From: an uncultured Bacteroidaceae bacterium
GTDB lineage: Bacteria; Bacteroidota; Bacteroidia; Bacteroidales; GCA-2748055
Assembly: GCA_964426915.1 (NCBI GenBank)
Contig: CAYRTD010000005.1
Location: forward strand, 1-62,686
Reading direction: 5' to 3'
DNA length: 62,686 nucleotides
Part shown: in pieces, positions 1 through 7,840 of the stretch
Position numbering within the stretch: position 1 is the first letter of the stretch
Layout of the letters: the number at the start of each line of letters is the position of its first letter
Made by a program: the position numbers and the translations under genes
The notes under the pieces: model-generated
What the model was told of the DNA's origin: nothing
The model's input: only the letters and a program-made list of their open reading frames with translations
Databases searched by the model: none

Positions 1-125
1 CAATACTTTTTTCTTTTTTCATGATAGTTTTGGATATTTGAATTTAACAATGATACACAAAAATAAAAAACTAAGCTGATAAGAATAATTGTTTAAGGGT
101 ATTTTTCCGGTGGGAATGGTCTTTT

Positions 126-1067
126 TTATTCTTTAATAAGATTAGTAATTTTTTTTAGAGGAGTTTTCAGGGACTTTGCTTCATTGAAGAAATCTTTCCA
201 GGGGTCTTCTTTATGCCCCATCCGCTGAAAAATATTTACAATATTTATCGAGGAAGGCTCACTGAATTCATTCAGTTCATTCCAGGAGAGAGGTGCTGCT
301 ACCGGAGCCCCTTCTTTGGCTCTCAAAGAATAGGGTGCAACGGAGGTCTGGGCATATTCATTTCTTAAATAATCAAGGAATATCCTCTCGCCTCTCTTAT
401 TTTTCCTCACTTCAACGGTATAATCCTCGGGATAACGTTTGGCTAGAATATGTGCCGTTTTTCTTGCAAATTCCTTTACTTCACAGAATTCAAGATTTTT
501 TACTACAGGGACAGCTACATGCAGCCCTTTGGATCCGGTTGACATTAAAAAAACGGGCAGATCGAATTCATCTTCCAGAAATTCTTTAATTCGTTTAGAA
601 CAGGTTTTTACATCACTGAAATCCCCGCCGGAAGGATCCAGATCGAATATCATCTTATCGGGGTATTCTGGTTTGGAAGCCTTGCTGAGCCATGGATGCA
701 TCACAAGACAAGCCTGGTTAGCCAGGTAAGCAAGAGTTGCTTTTTTGTCAGCTATCACCATTTCAATCTTATCTTTTTCCTTTCTCTCCAGTTTTTTTGA
801 ACTGATCCATTCAGGGAAATACTCCGGTTTTTCTTTCTGATAAAAACCTTTCTTCCCGATGCCATCCGGGAATCGTTTTAAGGTAAGTGGCCTGTCCCTG
901 AGGTGATTCATCATCAAATCAGATATTTCCATATAATAGTTGATAATATCTTTTTTAGTGACTTCTGCATCTGGATAGAGGATCTTGTCCGGATTACTGG
1001 TGTCGAATGAATATTTTCCTATTTTCATGTGTCTAAAATTGATTTTTGTTGTCGAGTGGAGTTTCAT
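126..1067 (-). CDS. ligD: LigD polymerase (AEP primase-polymerase) domain protein, stand-alone
   Basis: 313-aa ORF. It carries 'NPDKILYP', 'FDLDP' (DxD metal site), 'STGSKGLHV' (SGxxGxH) and 'FLDYLRN', blocks typical of the NHEJ LigD PolDom. It is the last gene of a PE-Lig-Pol minus-strand series. Confidence 0.9.
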   Translation of the reverse strand: MKLHSTTKINFRHMKIGKYSFDTSNPDKILYPDAEVTKKDIINYYMEISDLMMNHLRDRPLTLKRFPDGIGKKGFYQKEKPEYFPEWISSKKLERKEKDKIEMVIADKKATLAYLANQACLVMHPWLSKASKPEYPDKMIFDLDPSGGDFSDVKTCSKRIKEFLEDEFDLPVFLMSTGSKGLHVAVPVVKNLEFCEVKEFARKTAHILAKRYPEDYTVEVRKNKRGERIFLDYLRNEYAQTSVAPYSLRAKEGAPVAAPLSWNELNEFSEPSSINIVNIFQRMGHKEDPWKDFFNEAKSLKTPLKKITNLIKE

Positions 1068-1078
1068 GAATTGTAATT

Positions 1079-1221
1079 AGTGTCTGTCCATAATGTCCAA
1101 TATCTGCGTTGCTGCAAAAATTTTAAATCCTCGAATACATTAGTATACTGCGGTTTAAAATTTTTGCGCGCCTTGATCTCGGACATTCTGATCCAGACTC
1201 TCGACTCTATTGACAGACACT
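1079..1221. repeat. Long imperfect hairpin repeat, copy A (MITE/REP-like)
   Basis: Terminal 10-bp inverted repeat agtgtctgtc (1079-1088) / gacagacact (1212-1221). Middle arms cataatgtccaatatc / gatctcggacattctg pair at 13 of 16 positions. Apical stem is a perfect 14 bp: gcaaaaattttaaa (1114-1127) / tttaaaatttttgc (1154-1167). The left arm is nearly identical to copies at 7236 and 62488. Confidence 0.8.
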
Positions 1222-1270
1222 AGTGTCAACATGAGAATGGAGCTCCACTGAGCCCTTTGAAATCATGGTT

Positions 1271-2260
1271 TTATCCTTCTTTAGTTACATTTTCCGGATC
1301 TTTGTCGTCTCTGAGTCCTTTAAAGGCAGGGTGTCTTAACATCCCGTCATTCGTCCATTCTGTAAAAGCCACCTCGCCCACCAATTTAGGCTTTATCCAG
1401 TGTACTTTTTTTTCATTTATTTCGTCTTCACTTTCCCGGAAAGGGTTTTTATCGGTTTCAATTTTCTTCATTTTTTCTGAGAGCTTCTTCAGCATCTCAT
1501 CGTTATATCCTGTTCCGACTTTTCCGGCATACTTTAGTTTGTTATCTTCATAATATCCAATTAGTAAAGCACCGAAACCTATTCTTTCTCCTTCCGGATC
1601 AGTATAACCGCCGATAACAAATTCCTGCCGGTTTACACACTTAAATTTGAGCCATTTTCTTGACCGGTCATGGACATATTTAGATGTTGCATCTTTGGCT
1701 ATCAATCCTTCCCAGCCTTTTTTGCAAGCCTCCTCATAATAATCAAGACCTTCCTTATTCCGGTGGGTGGTAAATCTCAGGGGGTCATCAAATTCAAAGG
1801 AATCCCGGAGTATATTTTTTCTGTCCCTCAAGGGCAAATTTGTAATAAGATACTGATCGATGTAAAGAAGATCTATGAAATAATAATAGACTTTTATGGA
1901 ACTTTTTTCTGCTTCTTCCCGGTTTTTGACCTGCATTCTTCCCTGTAATTTTGAAAAGCTGCTCACATCACCGTCAAAAGTGCAAATTTCACCATCGGCT
2001 ATAAAATTATCCTCTTTGGTATTCTGAAAGGCTTCTTCAAGTTCAGGGTAAGTATCATTCAGCTTTTTTCTATTCCGGCTGTAAATAGTGACTACTCCCT
2101 TTTTCTTAAAGACCAGTGCCCTTTCACCGTCCCATTTTCGTTCATAGATCCAGTTTTCATCCTCAAAGTGGTCGTGGGTAAGGGTTGCAAGCATTGGATC
2201 CAGCCAGTCGGGCATGGACATTTTTTCGATTTTATCTGAATACTCTCTCAGTCCTGCCAT
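1271..2260 (-). CDS. ligD: ATP-dependent DNA ligase (LigD ligase domain), stand-alone
   Basis: 329 aa. Motifs 'ERKWDGER' (motif I, KxDG), 'FIADGEI' (III), 'EGLIAKD' (IV) and 'WLKFK' (V). OB-fold tail 'FTEWTNDGMLRHPAFKGLRDDK'. Confidence 0.9.
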   Translation of the reverse strand: MAGLREYSDKIEKMSMPDWLDPMLATLTHDHFEDENWIYERKWDGERALVFKKKGVVTIYSRNRKKLNDTYPELEEAFQNTKEDNFIADGEICTFDGDVSSFSKLQGRMQVKNREEAEKSSIKVYYYFIDLLYIDQYLITNLPLRDRKNILRDSFEFDDPLRFTTHRNKEGLDYYEEACKKGWEGLIAKDATSKYVHDRSRKWLKFKCVNRQEFVIGGYTDPEGERIGFGALLIGYYEDNKLKYAGKVGTGYNDEMLKKLSEKMKKIETDKNPFRESEDEINEKKVHWIKPKLVGEVAFTEWTNDGMLRHPAFKGLRDDKDPENVTKEG

Positions 2261-2290
2261 AATGTTTTAGTTAATTTTATTTTTCATTCC

Positions 2291-2893
2291 TCAGTCTCCA
2301 TCTTCTTTTTCTTTCTGAAGTTCTTCAAGTGTTTTTCCGGATTTAACCGATTCTTTCTCTGTATTTACCGGGTTTCTGCGTGCATCAGCTTCATCATCTT
2401 TCATTTTTATCAGCAACCATTGCTCCCTTCCTTTCATTTTGACGAGTGCATACCCACCTTTTAGCTTTTCCCCTTCGAGCCATATTTCTATCTTTCCGTC
2501 TTCGTAGGATTCCTCAATGCTCCTTCCGTCATCTTCATTTTTTTCCCTCATGTTTTTATAGGTTCCTGTATCCCAGACAATGACTGTTCCAGCCCCATAC
2601 TCACCCTCAGGAATTTCACCTTCAAAATCAGCATAGTCGATCGGATGATCTTCGGTAGGCTGGGCCATTCGCTTTTCATCCGGATCGGTAGAGGGTCCCT
2701 TGGGAACTGCCCATGATTTCAGCACGCCACCAGCCTGTATGCGAAAATCAAAATGATGATTACTTGATTGATGTTCCTGTACAACAAAAATATTTTTTTT
2801 TGAGGAGCTTTTCTTTTCTCCCCCGGGTTCTTTGGTTTTTGAGAAGTCGCGTTTTTGTTTGTATTTATTGAGTTTATCTTTGGACATGATCAT
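2291..2893 (-). CDS. LigD 3'-phosphoesterase (PE) domain protein, stand-alone
   Basis: 200 aa. 'FVVQEHQSSNHHFDFRI', 'LKSWAVPKGPS', 'GTVIVWDTGTY' and 'KLKGGYALVK' are blocks characteristic of the LigD PE domain. Lies 30 nt upstream of the ligase gene. Confidence 0.88.
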   Translation of the reverse strand: MIMSKDKLNKYKQKRDFSKTKEPGGEKKSSSKKNIFVVQEHQSSNHHFDFRIQAGGVLKSWAVPKGPSTDPDEKRMAQPTEDHPIDYADFEGEIPEGEYGAGTVIVWDTGTYKNMREKNEDDGRSIEESYEDGKIEIWLEGEKLKGGYALVKMKGREQWLLIKMKDDEADARRNPVNTEKESVKSGKTLEELQKEKEDGD

Positions 2894-3230
2894 TATTTAT
2901 TAAATGAATATGATATAAACTGCTATATTTTTAATCTTAAGTTTCTTTTGATGTATTAATATCCCTTATTCGACTAACAGACAGGTGATGGGACATGTTC
3001 ATTCTTATGTAAATGGTCTAAAAGGGGACACAAAGGATCACAAATGAACACAAATAGGATCCGTAGAAGGGAATAAATATGGAAGAGGAATGGGCCTAGA
3101 TAATGTGCTTATAATCTTTGTATTATATTGTAATTTACAACCATCTGCATTCCCAATTTGTGTAATTTGTGGATATATTTTATAAGGGAGGAATCTCTTC
3201 AAGAATCAAATAATAATGTCAGTAGCAAAA

Positions 3231-3610
3231 TCAAAAAACCTTCGGTAAAAAAACAATCAATCCGATAACCACAGCAATAATTGCGCTAATAAGAACGGCT
3301 CCAGCAGACATGTCCTTAATCTTCTTTATTGAAAAATTTTCATCCGGTGAGATAAAATCCGTAATGTTTTCAATTACAGTATTGATTACCTCAACTACGA
3401 AGACAAACCCGATGGCAAAGACAATGGCTATCCATTCCATTGGCGATATTTTCAGCATGAATCCGGCAGAAATGGCGAGTATGGCAAAGACCAGGTGTAT
3501 CCTGAAATTGTGCTCCTCCTTTTGAAGGATTTTCAGGCCTGCGAATGCAAAGACAAAGCTTTTTAGCCTTTTGCGAAGGGAGAATTTAGCCTTTTTTTTT
3601 CGTTTTGCAT
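3231..3610 (-). pseudogene. dgkA: Diacylglycerol kinase (DgkA family) interrupted by a 1-nt frameshift in an A9 run
   Basis: The tracked ORF 3231..3458 covers only the C-terminal two thirds ('EVINTVIENITDF', 'KDMSAGAVL'). The same frame stays open upstream and reads AKRKKKAKFSLRKRLKSFVFAFAGLKILQKEEHNFRIHLVFAILAISAGF, with no ATG/GTG/TTG. The only ATG (3608-3610) is one frame off. One extra A in the A9 run (T9 on the plus strand, 3592-3600) would fuse MQNEKKKK to this sequence. Confidence 0.7.
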
Positions 3611-3664
3611 GTGTATAGGATTTTCCACCAGGACACTAAGATACAAATCACACGTCCCAATGAC

Positions 3665-3762
3665 AAGCGACTCAAAATCCGTATATTATTCATTTATTCC
3701 TCACTGGTTTTCTGTGACTCTTCCTGAACTCTGTGTAATATCTTCTCTGTTTCCTCCCCGGG
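3665..3762. repeat. Dispersed intergenic repeat (second family), copy 1
   Basis: agcgactcaaaatccgtatattattcatttattcctc ... tctgtgactcttcctgaactctgtgtaatat ... cctccccggg. This aligns block by block with 47375-47525, which carries an extra GC-rich insert. Confidence 0.5.
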
Positions 3763-3877
3763 CACAACACGTCAAAAAAAACCACCCATTCAAGAATTTT
3801 TCCCTGATTCCTCGTGTCTATTTCTTTTTTAATATTTAAAATAAATCTCAAAAATTCAAAACGGATTTTTCTTAGAT

Positions 3878-4537
3878 TTGAACTTTATTAAAAACAAGAT
3901 CTTGCAGTACCCTGACAGAAATAAATACAAAGAAATATTTGCGGTGATTTTAACCGGTCTCCTGAAGTTTGTTTTCATGGACTGGTTAAATTTCAGGGCG
4001 TTTTACATTATTGCAGCCTGCGGTTTCTGGATCATTTATATCTGGAAAACCCGTAAAAAATATCAGGATATATATAAATACTGGGGTTTTAGAAAGTCAA
4101 ACCTAAAAAAATCTTCTTTGTTGCTTTTACCTTTCGCCGTGATAACCATATTGGGTATTTATTTTTATGGTGCCGGGATTGAAGTAAAATTTCTGAACTG
4201 GAGAATTATTCCCATTTTGGTATTGTATCCTTTGTGGGGCTTGCTTCAACAATTTTTGATTGCCGGACTCATAGCAGGCAATATGAGAAATCTGGAAAGT
4301 TTGAAACTTCCTGATTTATTTATTATTCTTATAACATCCTTGGTTTTTGCCCTGGTCCATTACCCCAGCCTGCCGCTGATGCTTTATGTTCTTGTAATGG
4401 AGATCATTTTCCTGCATATTTATTTTAAATACAATAATCTGTGGGCCCTTGGGTTGTTCCACGGCTGGGTTTCCGGCCTTTTTTTATATTATGTGCTTGG
4501 AAGGGACCTGTGGAAAGAATTGTGGGTTATTTTTTAA
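3878..4537 (+). CDS. CPBP-family (CAAX/Abi-like) intramembrane protease homolog, motif 1 degenerate
   Basis: 219 aa, polytopic. 'SLVFALVH' (FxxxH) and 'GLFHGWVS' (Hxxx-) blocks are present. The expected EExxxR position reads 'LLQQFLIAG'. The start is a TTG, with an alternative ATG at 3977. The stop overlaps the convergent gene by 4 nt. Confidence 0.6.
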   Translation: MNFIKNKILQYPDRNKYKEIFAVILTGLLKFVFMDWLNFRAFYIIAACGFWIIYIWKTRKKYQDIYKYWGFRKSNLKKSSLLLLPFAVITILGIYFYGAGIEVKFLNWRIIPILVLYPLWGLLQQFLIAGLIAGNMRNLESLKLPDLFIILITSLVFALVHYPSLPLMLYVLVMEIIFLHIYFKYNNLWALGLFHGWVSGLFLYYVLGRDLWKELWVIF

Positions 4538-5259
4538 ATATGAAAAAATCGTTTCAGATCGGGCCTCTTTTTTAAACGGAAATGCATATACAACAGGAGT
4601 CCGGCTATCGGAAGCACCGAGGACATGACGATCAGACTCCATTCAAGATCCATTACATTAAAATTGTAGAGTGAAATGAAAGCTTCTGTTATAAGACTTA
4701 TAAATCCAGCAGCAACAAGGGAATATGCAATAATATTCAAACCCTTGTTTTTTGCCCGTTTAATCATCATGATTGTTAGATAAACAACCAGATATGCACC
4801 GAAAAGTAAGGGTATGCCAAGTTTAATACCCCAGTTCATATTCCCGGTAAACATATCAAGAAGGACCAGAAGGACAGAGCTCGATATAAAACTGCCGCCA
4901 AGCACCAGAAAATTATTTCTATGAAAGAAACTGATCAGGGTAATATTAATGAATAGTATAGCAGAAATCGCAATGGGATATTTTGACCAGCTTAGATCAT
5001 TATCGCTGATAAAATCTATGATCAGGGTAACGATCATTCCTGAAACCAGAATTATTCCGGATATTTCCCAGAACAATTTTCTTTTTTGTAAGGAAGAAAG
5101 CTTGTGAAAATCTGTTATCTGACCTTTTTTGCGTTCACTCACCCTGACCTTAATGTATTCATTGTGATTTGGATGCTCATCGTGGACGGGTTCGCCGCAT
5201 AAAGGACAAAAATTCATGTTATTTTCAAGATCGACTCTGCAATTAATACACGTCTTCAT
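4534..5259 (-). CDS. Zinc-ribbon domain polytopic membrane protein
   Basis: 241 aa. N-terminal CxxC-x11-CxxC ('CINCRVDLENNMNFCPLCGEP') followed by about 6 hydrophobic helices. Its start lies 11 nt downstream of the acyltransferase gene's stop, so the two are a likely operon. Confidence 0.6.
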   Translation of the reverse strand: MKTCINCRVDLENNMNFCPLCGEPVHDEHPNHNEYIKVRVSERKKGQITDFHKLSSLQKRKLFWEISGIILVSGMIVTLIIDFISDNDLSWSKYPIAISAILFINITLISFFHRNNFLVLGGSFISSSVLLVLLDMFTGNMNWGIKLGIPLLFGAYLVVYLTIMMIKRAKNKGLNIIAYSLVAAGFISLITEAFISLYNFNVMDLEWSLIVMSSVLPIAGLLLYMHFRLKKRPDLKRFFHI

Positions 5260-5270
5260 AGATAGTTTTT

Positions 5271-6569
5271 TTAAGAATCATGGTTCACCGGTATTCCGTC
5301 AGTTTGTAAAAAGTCAATAAACTTTTCCTCCAGCGCTGTTGATCGGGTTATATTTCCAAAACTCAATACAAGTTTGTCTCCGTGACTAATGACACCGCAG
5401 TTTATCTTTAGCATCTTATTGGGGGGTGGGGGTGTGAAAACAAAATAGTCAATCAGATTATTCATATCCTCAGGAAAAAATGTTTGTCCCAGGTTTGTTA
5501 TAACCCCGCTGTACTGACTGGTCCCAAGGGAATAGTACTTAATTTTGAGGATCAGACTTTTTAAAAATAAGGGTATACTTTTAATATATATTTTTCTTTC
5601 GCTACCCACATTCCGGGAAATATTTTTGTGGATTAGTTTTTCGTCGGTTTCAAGCCGCATTTGATGGTATACGGTTTTTAGGATCTCTTCAAAACTATAA
5701 TGACCCAACCTGAGATCGATCTCAGGCAGCACAAAAAGAGAAAAATTACGCATGGTTTTTGATGGCAATATTCTTCTGAGATTAACCGGGACCTGAACCC
5801 TGAGTTGTTTATGATGTTTATGCTGGCTGAAGGAATTCATGTTTTCGAAAATATCCTGCAAAACATATAAATAAACGGCCACAAGATAATTTGTTATGCT
5901 TACCCCGTATCCTGAAGCTTTTGCTTTTAACTTTTCTACAGAGATATTTATGTGCATTACGGAAAAACGCGGACGGTTTTTTAAGGTCATTGGAAGATGG
6001 AATGCCGGAGACCTTTTTACCATGGGCGGAATGTGTTCTTTAAAATATCTTTTGTACGAATCTTCGTATTCTTCCTCCGGAATTTCTTCTCCCGGGTGTA
6101 AATATTCAAATTCTTCCGGAATATGGATGCTTTTTTCCTTTGAATATAATGTTATGATAGTCTTCAGAAATTCGAAAGCTCCACTGCCATCCGTAAGGAT
6201 ATGGGAAAATTCCACACTCAGCTGTTTATCTCTGACAAGCACACGCAGCATTAATCCTTTATCAGGGAATTTCTTGCATAGCTGTCCTTCATCTTCAATA
6301 ACCGGTATCGTTAAGGACTGGTGTTCGAGGTAAAACCAGAAAAAACCCTTTTTAAGTCTGACTTTATAATAGGGAAAACGGTTTTCAGCACTGGAAACGG
6401 CCTTCATGAGAGCACTGATATTTATATTTTGCTTCATTACCGCGGTCAATCTGAAAACAGTAGTTATTTCCTTGTTTACTGTTGCCGGGAAGATTTTTGC
6501 TGCATTATCAAGCGATAACCAAAACTGATTGGCCTTGATCGTTTTATGTGGTGTTTCCTTTTGATTCAT
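5271..6569 (-). CDS. Condensation-domain / alcohol-acyltransferase-like protein (HxxxDG superfamily)
   Basis: 432 aa. 'VEFSHILTDGSGAFEF' matches the (H)HxxxDG catalytic motif of the condensation/WS-DGAT/PapA5-type acyltransferases. N-terminal 'LDNAAKIFPA' block. No signal peptide. Confidence 0.6.
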   Translation of the reverse strand: MNQKETPHKTIKANQFWLSLDNAAKIFPATVNKEITTVFRLTAVMKQNINISALMKAVSSAENRFPYYKVRLKKGFFWFYLEHQSLTIPVIEDEGQLCKKFPDKGLMLRVLVRDKQLSVEFSHILTDGSGAFEFLKTIITLYSKEKSIHIPEEFEYLHPGEEIPEEEYEDSYKRYFKEHIPPMVKRSPAFHLPMTLKNRPRFSVMHINISVEKLKAKASGYGVSITNYLVAVYLYVLQDIFENMNSFSQHKHHKQLRVQVPVNLRRILPSKTMRNFSLFVLPEIDLRLGHYSFEEILKTVYHQMRLETDEKLIHKNISRNVGSERKIYIKSIPLFLKSLILKIKYYSLGTSQYSGVITNLGQTFFPEDMNNLIDYFVFTPPPPNKMLKINCGVISHGDKLVLSFGNITRSTALEEKFIDFLQTDGIPVNHDS

Positions 6570-6778
6570 AGACCATCTGAAGAAAAATCTGATAGCGTAC
6601 AGACTTATTAGCTCGATTTATTTTTATAAAAGTACTAAATAATATTTGTTGTTGGATAAAATGAAGTTTTTCATCAATTCAGATTCTTATTAATATATCC
6701 CTGATTTTGATATATCAGGTAATCTCAAATATCAAAGTATAAATTTTGAGGTAAATTTTTATCTACAACATTCTTTAG

Positions 6779-7204
6779 CTATTTGACATTAAAAATTTCA
6801 GACCTGAATACAATCTGTGTAGAGGGCCATTCCGGGTCTTTTCTATCTTCTGCTGTAATAAATAATTGAACAGGTTTATGAGGGGTCATGGTTTTTAATT
6901 CCGCCTGTTTGGATCTGTCGGGATCCAGCTCGCCAATTTTATGATTATTGCCATCCACATCCATAAGCCAGACAATATATCGTTTTTTTTCAGGATTAAG
7001 GCGTTCAGGATCAGCAAGGTGATTTGCATTCAATCTGATTTCGTAAATATTATTTTCATCTTTTTTAATTTTTGCTTTAACATCTGCAGCAGGAAGACTA
7101 TTTGAAGAAGGGAATTTTACTGTTGTTCCGCATGAGATTGTAAAAAATAAAATCACGTTGAACAAAATGAATTTAATGGTTGTGCTTTGAATGTTGGTTT
7201 TCAT
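6779..7204 (-). CDS. Small lipoprotein, unknown function
   Basis: The tracked ORF 6779..7351 runs into repeat copy B. The internal start M50 (ATG at 7202-7204) gives 'MKTNIQSTTIKFILFNVILFFTISCG', a signal peptide plus lipobox Cys. Confidence 0.6.
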   Translation of the reverse strand: MKTNIQSTTIKFILFNVILFFTISCGTTVKFPSSNSLPAADVKAKIKKDENNIYEIRLNANHLADPERLNPEKKRYIVWLMDVDGNNHKIGELDPDRSKQAELKTMTPHKPVQLFITAEDRKDPEWPSTQIVFRSEIFNVK

Positions 7205-7235
7205 ATGATTGATTATTTTTAAATTTATACTGGTC

Positions 7236-7372
7236 AGTGTTTGTCCATAATGTCCAATATCTGCGTTGCTGCAACCGCGGAAAGCTTCAGCGACACGCGG
7301 TTGCGCGCCTTGATATCGAACATTCTGTCCGATAGCTATCGGAACAGACACTCGACTTTATTTACATGCTCT
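7236..7372. repeat. Long hairpin repeat, copy B
   Basis: The left arm agtgtttgtccataatgtccaatatctgcgttgctgcaa differs from copy A at 1 of 39 nt. The apical stem is different but still perfect: gcaaccgcg (7271-7279) / cgcggttgc (7296-7304). The right arm carries the perfect palindrome tccgatagctatcgga. Confidence 0.8.
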
Positions 7373-7840
7373 AATTAAGTGAAACTATGATTTTTATTTC
7401 CAAATCTTTTAGCTGAACTAATCCCAAGCAATAGTTGAAGGATCTTAAAGATTTTATTGACTTTCCCGAAGTATAGTATCGGGACAGACGGTGAATTTGT
7501 TATACCCGGTCCCGTGTTATAGCTGCCGGAAAAATTCCTGATTACTCAAATCCTTTGAGCAGAATAGCAGGGATAAATTTTTTCGTGCCCTGTTTTAATA
7601 GGTGACAGAATTTAACCCCGAACATTACCTTCATGAACTCACCACCAATTGTCGGTTGGTTTTATCCTGACACCTGATTCTATTAGCAAATACCTGCATA
7701 TCAGATTTGAGTATTCGGCAAAAAAACCAGATTCAGGTTTAGCTTTGTTAATATTAATCATAGCATTTAAATCACTGAAAAACACTTAATGAACAAAAAG
7801 AGTTATCTGGAAAACAAAGAAAGCCAGGGTCTGTTCATTT

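Noticed and set aside
1-22. A minus-strand ATG at 20-22 (MKKEKKVL...) that starts a gene running off the left edge. It could be Ku.
   Set aside because: Only 7 codons are visible, so no identification is possible. It is not reported as a feature.
3609-3839. ORF 3609..3839(+), 76 aa, between dgkA and the CPBP-like gene.
   Set aside because: It spans the dispersed repeat (3665-3762), has no motifs and has an odd composition. This is more likely non-coding repeat DNA.
6779-7351. N-terminal extensions proposed by the ORF track at 6779..7351, 10115, 11820, 12395..14194, 24381, 28993, 32135 and 38652.
   Set aside because: In each case an internal Met immediately precedes a canonical signal peptide, lipobox or family N-terminus. 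The extension also runs through a repeat, a terminator stem or a neighbouring gene. The starts were moved accordingly.
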